A stretch of 49,684 nucleotides of DNA from an uncultured Candidatus Poseidoniales archaeon (GCA_964556195.1 CAZKVK010000002.1:5054-54737); one strand, 5' to 3'. Positions 20,107-29,771 are shown, counted from the stretch's first letter. The notes: generated by a model not told the origin, from the sequence alone. Numbers and translations are program-made.

Positions 20107-20967
20107 ATGCAGTCAGAATTGTGGCAAGAAATTCCAGAATTTGGCGGAGCAACGGTGGAACAGAAATGGATCGAATCGAAATCAGGATACAATCTTCGGG
20201 TGCTGAGCTGGAAACCTAAAGAGGAATCATCCAAACATGCTAGAACTCTGGTAATGATTCCGGGTTGGAATTCGGTTCCAGAGGGATGGTTTCCAATCCT
20301 ATCAGAGTGGGTTAAGCAGAGGCCTGTTGTTTACGTCGAAACTCGCGAGAAGGGGAGTTGTATAATTGACTCGGCAATTTCTAAGGAATCCTTCCAAATC
20401 CAAAATATCACATCCGATTTACCACTCATCTTGGAAAAAATGGAACTCGACCCCTCAAAATGTGACGCCATGGGTTCATCATTGGGTGCCACATTATTGC
20501 TTGAGGGGCTTCGAGAGGAAAGTCTGGTTTTTCGAAGCCTTGTAGTGCTATCTCCGAATCTCGTATTCGTTCCTCCGATTTGGGCAAGACCGCTGATTCC
20601 AGCGCCATTATTCATGTACAGTGCTCTGGTTAAATTTGTGATTTGGTATCTCGATAAGAGGTTGAAAGAAGAGGGGCAAAGAATACGCTACCGTCGAACC
20701 TTATTGGCCGCACCAATCGATAGATTGCGACTTTGCTCAATCGTATTCAGAAAATACAAAATGAATCTAGATTTCTCCCATACAAGCGCTCCAGTAGGTA
20801 TCCTGAGAGCATCTTCAGACACACTACACGACCACTCTGATGCAGGTAAACTCAGTAAACAAATTCCAAATTCCACATTAATTGAAATCGAAAGTAATCA
20901 ATTTGCACACGAGGCGGCCGCGATACCAGTTATCGAGAATTTTATGCAAGGTATCTCTGAATTTTAG
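20107..20967 (+). CDS. Alpha/beta hydrolase
   Basis: IPGW oxyanion region, GSSLG nucleophile elbow, late Asp and His candidates; ATG 1 nt after the upstream stop. Confidence 0.8.
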   Translation: MQSELWQEIPEFGGATVEQKWIESKSGYNLRVLSWKPKEESSKHARTLVMIPGWNSVPEGWFPILSEWVKQRPVVYVETREKGSCIIDSAISKESFQIQNITSDLPLILEKMELDPSKCDAMGSSLGATLLLEGLREESLVFRSLVVLSPNLVFVPPIWARPLIPAPLFMYSALVKFVIWYLDKRLKEEGQRIRYRRTLLAAPIDRLRLCSIVFRKYKMNLDFSHTSAPVGILRASSDTLHDHSDAGKLSKQIPNSTLIEIESNQFAHEAAAIPVIENFMQGISEF

Positions 20968-21968
20968 GCTAAGGAGCCAAATGGAGCATCTCCATCCCAA
21001 GAGTCGGTTGCTCCGTCATCATAACCTCCCAACTGGTCGTAGAGATTCTCGATGATTGCATATGGCCAATCTGGATTTGTAGGACCGTATCGATCAGCCA
21101 TCCTGTTGGCCTCTCCACCATGGAAATGCATCGGCACCTCTAGCCGGCGGAGCATGCCGTCAGGCACACCACCCATGGCAAACAGATGTTCAGTTCCGCT
21201 CCTACCGAGTACTCGGTCTGGAGTCCAGTCTTCATCTGTAGTTAACTCACAGGCATCGACAATTGAATCCACTAGGGTGTCGTATGCAGCGTCTAGCCCA
21301 CCTTCGTGAGTGATTGATTCCATTACAGGAATGATACTAAGTGGGTCCAATTCCCCTGTCAAAATCTGCAACCATGTATGATGCGCTAGACAATTGAATT
21401 TCCAAGGGTCAGTGGCAACAAATTGCCAAGTCGCGTATGGTCCTCGTGAGCGGTCACCGGGTTCAGGTAGTAATCCGTGCTCGATGAAGGCTTCCTTCAA
21501 CCCACCAAGTCTAGTAGGATCCATCGCAATATGCGCATTTGCAAGGGTTTCTTCGGTCAATAACCACCATTCAGGGCCCTCTCTGCGAGTCGAAATTGAA
21601 TCATGCAATTCTTCGTAATCACCAAAATTCGTAGGCAAAGAGCCAGTTTGAGCATGAGTTCGCATCACATGGGAAGTCACACCTGAATCGAAGCGATGGT
21701 GGAAATATTCGTGGTCGAATCCGAAAATAAATGCTAAATCCAAAGCCAGCATCTCAGCTTCTTCAATCCCCTCCGCATTCATTCGATTTGCAATTACTGC
21801 CGCTTGCTCAGCCAATGCGTCTGCATTGCAATGAATACCCCAATCGTGATCTACTTCAACCTCAATAGAATTCCGAAGTAGCATTGGCCGATACCAAAAG
21901 GCTCTGAGACCAACATCCACCTCACCCATTGTTTCAGGACCATGGACGAAGGGAACACCGTCGTCCAT
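20964..21968 (-). CDS. Hypothetical protein with HExxH zincin motif
   Basis: FDHEYFHH followed by EETLANA; start uncertain (ATG 21968, or the in-frame ATGs 15-24 nt upstream). Confidence 0.65.
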   Translation of the reverse strand: MDDGVPFVHGPETMGEVDVGLRAFWYRPMLLRNSIEVEVDHDWGIHCNADALAEQAAVIANRMNAEGIEEAEMLALDLAFIFGFDHEYFHHRFDSGVTSHVMRTHAQTGSLPTNFGDYEELHDSISTRREGPEWWLLTEETLANAHIAMDPTRLGGLKEAFIEHGLLPEPGDRSRGPYATWQFVATDPWKFNCLAHHTWLQILTGELDPLSIIPVMESITHEGGLDAAYDTLVDSIVDACELTTDEDWTPDRVLGRSGTEHLFAMGGVPDGMLRRLEVPMHFHGGEANRMADRYGPTNPDWPYAIIENLYDQLGGYDDGATDSWDGDAPFGSLA

Positions 21969-22066
21969 GCGAAGGCCCCCCATACCAGTCATTGCCTTCG
22001 GGCCTGAGCCGTCAGATATCAAGCGATTGTCTGATGAAGGGCACGCTTGCCCTCGTAACGAGAGCC

Positions 22067-24208
22067 ATGCGTGCGCAGTCTTCCTCATTCGACGTCGCCC
22101 GCATGGTTAGAGAGCTGCGTGGGATGATTGGAACACGTGCACGTAAAGCCTACCAGCCACATCACGAACAGGTTGTATTGAGGCTTAATCCCAAGGGAGA
22201 ACCCTCTGTAGATTTGGTGATTGTGCGGGGAAAGAGGCTGTACCTGTCAAGAAGAGATAGGCCAATGCCGAATAATCCGTCACCATTTGCCATGATATTG
22301 AGGAAACATCTAGCAAATTCGCGCTTGGTTGAAGTTGAGCAAATCGGCTTTGATAGAGTGATATTCTTGACCTTCGAACATGGAGGTGGTCAATACAAAC
22401 TAGTCATTGAGTTGTTTAGAGATGGAAATGTTTTGCTTCTGGATGATAATGATGTAATTATTCAGCCACTAACACACGCCAAATACGCAAGTCGGGCCCT
22501 AAAGAGAGGTGAACTCTACACTCCACCTCCAGAAACATTGGATCCTAGAGAACTAGACAAAAGCGGCCTAGACAAATTGTTGGATGATTCAGACCATTCT
22601 TTGATTCGAACTCTCGCGGCGCGTGCAAACCTTGGACGTATCTATGGAAATGCGGTTTGTAGCGCCGCTGAAATCGATTTAGAAGACCCTGCCGACTCTC
22701 TTGATGAAGATCAAAGGCTGGCTCTCAGTGAATCGATGAACAAGTTACTAAGTGAGTTAGCAGATGGCCAAGGAGCGTATATTTGGTTTGAAGAAAAAGA
22801 CGGATTGAATTCTTGGAAATCTGCAGAAGATGATCCTCAATTAAGAGGCTCTGCGAGTGGGATGATTAGCGAATTTTCACCAATCAATCTTCCATTCATG
22901 GATTCTAGCCTTAGGGCAAATATCGACAATCTATCAGAAGCCTATGATGTGATATTCGGTGCGCACGATGCAATCGCCTACATCCGTCGGGAGGAAGAGA
23001 AACTAGCCGCGGCGGGAGAAGATGAGGAAGAACAGAAAGCAAAGCTTGACAGAAGGGCAGCTCAGCAACGTTCCGGGATAGAGAGATTTGAATCTCAAGC
23101 TGCTTTGACACAGGAATTAGCGAAGTCGATCCAAGATAACTGGACTCATGTCGACGACCTTCTGGGGCAAGTCAATTCATTGATTGAAAGCGAAGGTTGG
23201 CAAACTCTAGATTCCAAGATTAGGGATGTTTTGTGGATAGACAGAGTTGACCCCGCTAAACGCACGATTTTGGCTCGTTTACCAGACGAGGATAACGAGC
23301 CGGGAGCAAGTGTGACGCTGTCGGTAGAGAATACTGTTCACCAAAATGCCCAGACTTATTTTGAACGGGCTCGAACTCTAAAAGATAAGGCCAAAGGGGC
23401 AAAAATGGCTTTGCAAAGAACAGAGACTCAAGTCGCCAAGGATGCAGCCAAGAGAGAAAAAGAAGCCGCCGCTGGAAGAGTCAGGATAGGTAAGCGAAGC
23501 AAGAGGTTCTGGTTTGAAAAACATCGATGGGGAGTTTTGTCAGACGGTAGAATGGTTATTGGAGGTCGTGATGCCAAGGGCAACGACACCGTCGTGAGGA
23601 AGTATCTGCGTTCCACCGACCTATATGTTCATGCGGATTTACATGGAGCCCCATCTTGCTCGTTGAGATTGCACGATGGACTAGAGACAGATCCCAATCC
23701 GATCGGATTCAGGCCTGAAGGAGTTGCGTCATTGCGAATCTCTCAAGACTTTGCTGGGTCGATAGAAGATGCACAGAATTTACCTAGCAAGATTATCCAA
23801 GAAGCAGCACAACTGGCGATTTGCTGGTCACGTGCATGGGGTAGTGGTAGCGCCGCAGCAACCGCTTTCCATGCCCGACCAACGCAAGTCTCGAAACAAA
23901 CTGAGAGTGGTGAATCACTTGGTCGAGGAGCATTTGTTGTTAGGGGTCAGAGAACATGGTATCGTGATGTCGAAATGGAGGTAGCAATCGGATTCGCTAT
24001 AGTCAATAACATTCCAATTCCCATCTCAGGTACTGCCGAAGGAGTTTCTAATCTATGCCAGCGATGGGCGATAATTCGGCCCGGAAGAGAAAAGAAGGAA
24101 ACTATCGCTAATCGAATTGCCAAGGCAACTGGACTCGCTCAAGACGATGTTCTTGCAACAATACCATCAGGTACTTGTGAAATCATAGACCATGGTCTAT
24201 TGGGTTGA
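22067..24208 (+). CDS. rqcH: NFACT family ribosome quality-control factor (Rqc2/RqcH homologue)
   Basis: FAMILRKHL, QIGFDRV, IELFRDGNV, NAQTYF, WFEKHRW, GGRDAKGND, HADLHGAP and GAFVVRG motifs. Confidence 0.93.
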   Translation: MRAQSSSFDVARMVRELRGMIGTRARKAYQPHHEQVVLRLNPKGEPSVDLVIVRGKRLYLSRRDRPMPNNPSPFAMILRKHLANSRLVEVEQIGFDRVIFLTFEHGGGQYKLVIELFRDGNVLLLDDNDVIIQPLTHAKYASRALKRGELYTPPPETLDPRELDKSGLDKLLDDSDHSLIRTLAARANLGRIYGNAVCSAAEIDLEDPADSLDEDQRLALSESMNKLLSELADGQGAYIWFEEKDGLNSWKSAEDDPQLRGSASGMISEFSPINLPFMDSSLRANIDNLSEAYDVIFGAHDAIAYIRREEEKLAAAGEDEEEQKAKLDRRAAQQRSGIERFESQAALTQELAKSIQDNWTHVDDLLGQVNSLIESEGWQTLDSKIRDVLWIDRVDPAKRTILARLPDEDNEPGASVTLSVENTVHQNAQTYFERARTLKDKAKGAKMALQRTETQVAKDAAKREKEAAAGRVRIGKRSKRFWFEKHRWGVLSDGRMVIGGRDAKGNDTVVRKYLRSTDLYVHADLHGAPSCSLRLHDGLETDPNPIGFRPEGVASLRISQDFAGSIEDAQNLPSKIIQEAAQLAICWSRAWGSGSAAATAFHARPTQVSKQTESGESLGRGAFVVRGQRTWYRDVEMEVAIGFAIVNNIPIPISGTAEGVSNLCQRWAIIRPGREKKETIANRIAKATGLAQDDVLATIPSGTCEIIDHGLLG

Positions 24209-24209
24209 A

Positions 24210-24815
24210 TCAGGAAGAGCGTTTTTCATCCCACTCTGGCTTTGTGATAGCGTATAATTTGGCATCAACATAGTGATCGTATAGCCATTCTCTGTCCTTA
24301 GTAATGCCTTCCAACCTCATTCCTATTCTCTCTGCTATCTCACAGCTAGGGGCGTTTTCTACTGCGGCCTCCAGCACAAATCTGTGTAGATTTAGGTCGT
24401 CGAAACAATGTTCCATCAATCGAATACAGGATTTCGTCGCGTACCCATTTCCAGTTTGTTCCTCGGCTAGCCAATAACCGACTCCGCAACCTTTGTTTCC
24501 CCAATCAATCCAATTCAGGCTAATTGTTCCTATTAGATTGCCTTCTAGACGAATAGCGTAGATTATTCCCTCTCGCTTCTCATACTGTTCTAAACTCATA
24601 GAAATGAACGAAATTTCGTCCTCGATACTTTTTGTTCCATCTAACCATGCAAGCCACTCCCTAAGGTGCATTCTGTTGGAGTCGACTACTGAAAATAACT
24701 CGGGTGCATCGTCTATTCCAATCAAAGAAAGTTCTAGTCCGGCTTCTACATCCATGCGCGTTGCTGGTCGTAGGTCGCCGTCACCTTCCCGTGGCCCTCC
24801 GCATCTACCAGACAT
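24210..24815 (-). CDS. GNAT N-acetyltransferase, RimJ/RimL family
   Basis: HLREWLAW, GYWLAEEQTGNGYAT, NAPSCEIAERIG motifs; true start may be ATG 24755. Confidence 0.9.
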   Translation of the reverse strand: MSGRCGGPREGDGDLRPATRMDVEAGLELSLIGIDDAPELFSVVDSNRMHLREWLAWLDGTKSIEDEISFISMSLEQYEKREGIIYAIRLEGNLIGTISLNWIDWGNKGCGVGYWLAEEQTGNGYATKSCIRLMEHCFDDLNLHRFVLEAAVENAPSCEIAERIGMRLEGITKDREWLYDHYVDAKLYAITKPEWDEKRSS

Positions 24816-24906
24816 GATATAGGGGCTAAATTCGGTGGTTTAGAGGGTTCGGAGTCGGAACTGTGGCTTGGGTAACGATTCAAGCGTGAAGCGTCATCCG
24901 GACAGC

Positions 24907-25989
24907 ATGGGCGGCTCAGGCAGCGAGGGCAATTGGACATACGGAGACTATCTACAATTACCTGCTTTGTTAGAACTTCAAGGTGAAGAAAGAGGGGTTA
25001 GCCCCGATGAAATGCATTTCATTATCGTCCACCAAACTTTCGAACTTTGGTTCAAGCAGGTTATTCGTGAACTAACCGAGGTTCGCGATATTCTGGCACA
25101 AGACCACGTTCCTGAGGACGATATTCCGAGGGCTGTTGACCACCTTGGACGCACAACCGAGATTTTTCGATTGATGGCAAATCAATGGACAGTATTGGAA
25201 ACGTTGACGCCCCAGGGATTCCTAGCATTCAGAGACGGTCTTGGAACTGCATCGGGATTTGAATCCTATCAAATGCGTGAATTCGAGATGTTACTCGGCT
25301 TGGCCAATGAAGACCGCCTGTATGGAATGGATCCCATCAGTACATTCAGAAAATTGGCGGAACACTCCGAAAGAGATGCTGAGATTCTCGCCCGGTTGGA
25401 GGATGTGGCTTCCAAACCATCACTAAGCGAGTCTCTCTTGCGATGGGTGACTAGAACGCCAATAATGGGTTCATTGCCAGGAACAGATGGAGATGATGCT
25501 ACCGTTACAGAGTATATCGACGCTCATCTGAATTCGCACGAAGACATCGGAAAACAGGCAGCATCGAGAATGTCTGGCTATGGTGCTTCTACTCCCGAAA
25601 AAGCAGCAGAGCGCTTTGCTGCATCTCATCAAGGAGCCATTGATTTCCTGAAGCCTGATGGAAAAGTAAGCCGCGCTCGCGCTGGACTGTTATTCATAGA
25701 GTCATACAGGGAATTGCCATTATTGACATGGCCTAGAACTCTAATAGATGCAATTGTAGAACTTGAGGAGTCGATGGTCAAGTGGCGACATGCACACGCA
25801 AGAATGGTGGAGAGAATCATGGGTAGGAGAATTGGAACGGGAGGTACAAGTGGCGTTGATTATCTCGATGCTACCTCTCAGTATCGTATCTTCAAGGATC
25901 TCTGGGCAGTTCGAACAATACTACTCAAGCCTGATTCAAGACCCGAATTGAAGAATTTAGAATTTTACGGTTATTCGTCCGAAAACTGA
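24907..25989 (+). CDS. kynA: Tryptophan 2,3-dioxygenase
   Basis: YGDYLQL, DEMHFIIVHQTFELWFK, ASGFESYQMRE, KWRHAHARMVERIMG and GTGGTSGVDYL motifs. Confidence 0.95.
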   Translation: MGGSGSEGNWTYGDYLQLPALLELQGEERGVSPDEMHFIIVHQTFELWFKQVIRELTEVRDILAQDHVPEDDIPRAVDHLGRTTEIFRLMANQWTVLETLTPQGFLAFRDGLGTASGFESYQMREFEMLLGLANEDRLYGMDPISTFRKLAEHSERDAEILARLEDVASKPSLSESLLRWVTRTPIMGSLPGTDGDDATVTEYIDAHLNSHEDIGKQAASRMSGYGASTPEKAAERFAASHQGAIDFLKPDGKVSRARAGLLFIESYRELPLLTWPRTLIDAIVELEESMVKWRHAHARMVERIMGRRIGTGGTSGVDYLDATSQYRIFKDLWAVRTILLKPDSRPELKNLEFYGYSSEN

Positions 25990-26048
25990 GGGATAGCGGC
26001 GGTGCATCCATCGCACCTTTCAAGGGGAGTAACTCACTCGCCTCGCCT

Positions 26049-27206
26049 GTGTCGACTCCGGTCATCTGCGCATACGCGAGAACTCCTTTTGGTCGCTTTC
26101 GCGGAGCATTAGCCAATTACACTGCGGTGGAATTGGGTACATTGGCTGTAAAGGGTGTATTGGAAAGGGCTGGAATTGACCCTAGTAGCGGTATCGTCGA
26201 TCAAGTCTACATGGGTCAGGTGCTTCAAGCAGGAGCTGGACAGGCACCTGCTCGCCAAGTAGCGATGGTCGCTGGACTACCCTACTCTACTCCATGCACT
26301 ACGGTGAACAAGGTCTGTGGTTCCAGTCTCAAGGCTGTGATGATTGCTGCAACAGAAATTATGGCTGGAAGATCTGATGTTGTAATTGCTGGTGGAATGG
26401 AATCCATGAGTCAAGCACCACACTTCATCCGGGGAGCAAGACGTGGTGATGAAATCTCATTTGCTAACCTAACTGGAACACTAAGCCACGATGGCCTGAA
26501 GGATGCTTACGATGGCTCGATGATGGGAATTACAGGTGAAACAATCGCCCAAGAAGCAGATATCTCACGATCAGAATCAGACAGTTATGCGCTTAGATCC
26601 CATACGCTTTCCAACTCTGCATGGGAAAGTGGGTGGCTTGCAGAAGAGTGTGTTTCCATGGATGAACTCGATCGAGATGAAGGAATTCGCATAGATACTT
26701 CAATGGAAGGCCTCGCTGGGCTACGAACCGTCTTCAAGGATGATGGGCAGGTCACCGCTGGTAATGCAAGTCAGGTATCTGATGGCGGCTCGGCCGTACT
26801 AATTGCGTCTGAGGAGGCCGCCAAAGCAAATGGTTGGCCAATGCTTGCTAAAATCATCGATTTTACCACATCTGGTGTAGAACCAAACAGGGTTATGTCC
26901 GCCCCCATCCCAGCGGTGCAAATGTTACTTGATCGAAATCAATTGGAAATTTCTGATATCAGCATTCTAGAGCATAATGAGGCATTTGCAGCCGCCTCGT
27001 GTGCCATTCAGAATGCATTTGATTTCCCTGAAGAGGGATTCAATCCACATGGCGGAGCAGTAGCGGTTGGGCACCCACTTGGAGCAACAGGAACACGTTG
27101 CCTGATGACCCTCACTAATGCCCTAAATCGCACTAGTGGTAGTCGTGGAATTGTAACAATTTGCCTCGGTGGCGGCAACGCTGTTGGGATGCTGATTGAG
27201 GCCTGA
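26049..27206 (+). CDS. Acetyl-CoA C-acyltransferase (thiolase)
   Basis: NKVCGSS, GGMESMS, TAGNASQVSDG, NEAFA, GHPLGATG and CLGGG motifs. Confidence 0.96.
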   Translation: MSTPVICAYARTPFGRFRGALANYTAVELGTLAVKGVLERAGIDPSSGIVDQVYMGQVLQAGAGQAPARQVAMVAGLPYSTPCTTVNKVCGSSLKAVMIAATEIMAGRSDVVIAGGMESMSQAPHFIRGARRGDEISFANLTGTLSHDGLKDAYDGSMMGITGETIAQEADISRSESDSYALRSHTLSNSAWESGWLAEECVSMDELDRDEGIRIDTSMEGLAGLRTVFKDDGQVTAGNASQVSDGGSAVLIASEEAAKANGWPMLAKIIDFTTSGVEPNRVMSAPIPAVQMLLDRNQLEISDISILEHNEAFAAASCAIQNAFDFPEEGFNPHGGAVAVGHPLGATGTRCLMTLTNALNRTSGSRGIVTICLGGGNAVGMLIEA

Positions 27207-27221
27207 AGTCGACTAGAAATC

Positions 27222-27238
27222 CGCCCCCATAGGGGGCG
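27222..27238. terminator. CGCCCCC-ATA-GGGGGCG perfect hairpin
   Basis: 7-bp stem, 3-nt loop, 15 nt after the thiolase stop; function inferred. Confidence 0.4.
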
Positions 27239-27285
27239 AGGGTTGGCCGGTGGGCTAATAGGGAGGTCTTGGGTCGCCGCCCTCG

Positions 27286-27546
27286 ATGGTTACTCCAATA
27301 CGGCAGCACACTCGCTTCGAGAAGGCTAGAATCATAGGTGCACGAGCATTGCAAATTAGCATGGGCGCACCGCTATATGTGTCCGAAGATGAACTCCGTG
27401 AGAATTTCATGGAAGAACTCATCCAACTCTACGGAACAGAGGATGCTCAAGCAAGATTCGTGCTTGACCCACTAAAAATTGCAATGCTAGAGTACGAGTC
27501 TCACCGCATTCCAATCGACGTAGACCCTCACACCGAGGAAAAGTGA
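27286..27546 (+). CDS. rpoK: DNA-directed RNA polymerase subunit K (Rpo6)
   Basis: [21 protein letters not shown] signature and C-terminal [13 protein letters not shown]. Confidence 0.95.
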   Translation: MVTPIRQHTRFEKARIIGARALQISMGAPLYVSEDELRENFMEELIQLYGTEDAQARFVLDPLKIAMLEYESHRIPIDVDPHTEEK

Positions 27547-27585
27547 GGGCTCTACCACTTATCGTCTATTCAGAGGTGATAAGCA

Positions 27586-28647
27586 ATGCTTGAGAAAGTC
27601 GATACGAAGCGACTGACTGCTGGTCTAATCGTACTCACCTTTCTGGTAATTGCTGTTGGCGGTTTGATTAGAGTCTCAGATGCTGGAGAATCCTGTCCGG
27701 ACTGGCCTACTTGCTTTGGCACATGGGGCTTCGACATCAGTCAAGAAGAACAGGGATTATGGTATAGTGAAAATCCTGACGAAATAGATTCTGGAGGGTG
27801 GAATCAACGATACACTACTTTTGAGATTTTTACTGAATGGTTCCACAGACTCTTGGCGGGAGTGATTCTCGGCCCTCTTGTGATTCTAAACTGGCTGGTT
27901 ATTCGTCGAAATGAAGAGTCCTCAACAAGCACCAATTTCGCATCTAATTTGGCTCTGGGACTAATTATTTGGCAAGGAGCACTTGGTTGGCTAACCGTCA
28001 AAATTGATAATGTTCATTGGAGTGTAGCACTGCATCTATCAAGCGCTCTGGTATTCATATTGTCGCTAATTTGGTTATGGATTTGCATTAATCGCGATGA
28101 AGGAAATCAACCGGCCTGGTTCGAATTTGATCCTGTTCTCGCTTCTAAGTGGAAGAATCGAATTATGGGCTTAGGAATAGGAACCTTCAGTACCGTATTC
28201 ATCGGAGTATTTGTCGCTACAACAGGTCAAGCTGACCAAATTTGCGGAGTTTCGGGTGGGGCGGATTCATGGCCCCTTTGCAAAGGTGAATTGCTTCCGG
28301 AAATTTATGATTTGGAAAGACAATCACAAATTATCCACAGGTGGGCAGTGGCAATTGTAGCCATTGCCCTCTTCATCGCTTGTGGTGTTGTTCGAAATGA
28401 ACAGGTGCAACACCAGCACGGGATTGTATTGAGAAATTGGATTTGGGCGGCAACCGGGTTCTTTGTTTTGAATATCGCAATTGGCGCTCTTTACATTCTC
28501 TCTTGGTCAGAGGATAGCGAAACATTTCGTGAAATGTTATCTCTGATTCACCTGTTGGTTGGCAGCACATCATTCCTAACTCTTGCAACCGCCTGGTTAG
28601 CAATCTCTGCCTTCACTTTACATAATTCGAAACCAGAGACCTTGTGA
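27586..28647 (+). CDS. ctaA: Heme A synthase (COX15/CtaA)
   Basis: GESCPDWPTC, EWFHR, ALHL, second-half WPLC and IIHR, IHL; about 8 TM helices. Confidence 0.9.
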   Translation: MLEKVDTKRLTAGLIVLTFLVIAVGGLIRVSDAGESCPDWPTCFGTWGFDISQEEQGLWYSENPDEIDSGGWNQRYTTFEIFTEWFHRLLAGVILGPLVILNWLVIRRNEESSTSTNFASNLALGLIIWQGALGWLTVKIDNVHWSVALHLSSALVFILSLIWLWICINRDEGNQPAWFEFDPVLASKWKNRIMGLGIGTFSTVFIGVFVATTGQADQICGVSGGADSWPLCKGELLPEIYDLERQSQIIHRWAVAIVAIALFIACGVVRNEQVQHQHGIVLRNWIWAATGFFVLNIAIGALYILSWSEDSETFREMLSLIHLLVGSTSFLTLATAWLAISAFTLHNSKPETL

Positions 28648-28685
28648 TGAGTCGAATTGAAGGGCACACGCCCGAAGGGCGTGCT

Positions 28686-29771
28686 ATGTCAGAGACTGCG
28701 AGTGGGGCAAAGGCATGGTTTACTCTAACTAAGCCAGGAGTGGTTGTTCTTCTGCAGATTACCGCACTCTGCGCGGTATTATCTCATGATTTACTTGAAG
28801 CGTCCGGATTCACCGAGATGGATTGGAACGAATCGCTCCGGACAATGGTAATTGTTTTCGTAGGAGGCTATCTGACAGCAGGAGGCGCTAATGCAATCAA
28901 TATGTGGTACGATCGAGATATTGATCCAATTATGCGAAGAACCTCACAAAGACCGATTCCAACAGGAAGTATAAGTGCAAATGGGGCGCTTTTTTTCGGA
29001 ATCATTATTTCGGTAGTTGGAGTTTTTTGGTTCCTTGAATTTGCTAATCAAGTGGCCGCGTTTTGGGCTGCATTTAGTATCTTATTCTATGTCTTCATTT
29101 ACACTATTTGGTTGAAGCGTACTTCGGTTCAAAACATAGTCATCGGAGGTCTAGCAGGGGCTACCCCACCAGTAATCGGTTGGGCTACTGCAGTAGGTAA
29201 TTTGAGCATCAATGTAGATTCAGTGGAGGATTTTGGAATCTCGATTTTTGACTTAGGAAGCTTGATGCCTTGGTATCTACTCCTACTGATTTTTCTATGG
29301 ACTCCACCCCATTTCTGGGCTCTGGCACTCTATAGATCTGAGGAATACGACTCTGTAGGGATTCCGATGATGCCCGGAGTTAAGGGTGCAAGTAGAACAC
29401 TATTAGAGATGAAGTTATACTCGATATTGTTGGTAATTCTAGCAGTATTTGCACCTACAGCTATGGGGGGAATGGATAGACATGATACAATCTACCATCT
29501 CTTTGGTTGGACCACGGTTGTAGTCACTCTGTGGTACGCTAGGACTGTATTCATAATCGACCCTGATGAGCCTAGAACTGCATCTGGTCGAATCCCTACC
29601 GCGGCCCGATCTTTCTTTGTCTCAATGTTATATCTCGCACTAATGTTTGCAATTGTGGTTGCAGCCAGCGCTGGCTTACAGGGAGCAATTCTCGGAGCGG
29701 TGTTGGCAGTAACAATGATTCTTCGAGATGAGTGGAACGCAAGAGCGCCTTCAGAGGATTTTTCAGCCTGA
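28686..29771 (+). CDS. ctaB: Protoheme IX farnesyltransferase (heme O synthase)
   Basis: LTKP, NMWYDRDIDPIMRRTSQRPIP, QNIVIGGLAGA and WTPPHFWALA motifs; start moved to ATG 28686 (TTGAAG 29 nt upstream). Confidence 0.95.
   Translation: MSETASGAKAWFTLTKPGVVVLLQITALCAVLSHDLLEASGFTEMDWNESLRTMVIVFVGGYLTAGGANAINMWYDRDIDPIMRRTSQRPIPTGSISANGALFFGIIISVVGVFWFLEFANQVAAFWAAFSILFYVFIYTIWLKRTSVQNIVIGGLAGATPPVIGWATAVGNLSINVDSVEDFGISIFDLGSLMPWYLLLLIFLWTPPHFWALALYRSEEYDSVGIPMMPGVKGASRTLLEMKLYSILLVILAVFAPTAMGGMDRHDTIYHLFGWTTVVVTLWYARTVFIIDPDEPRTASGRIPTAARSFFVSMLYLALMFAIVVAASAGLQGAILGAVLAVTMILRDEWNARAPSEDFSA

Noticed and set aside
21929-22088. Apparent head-to-head overlap of rqcH and the HExxH gene
   Set aside because: Artefact of longest-ORF start choice; downstream ATGs leave a normal divergent spacer.
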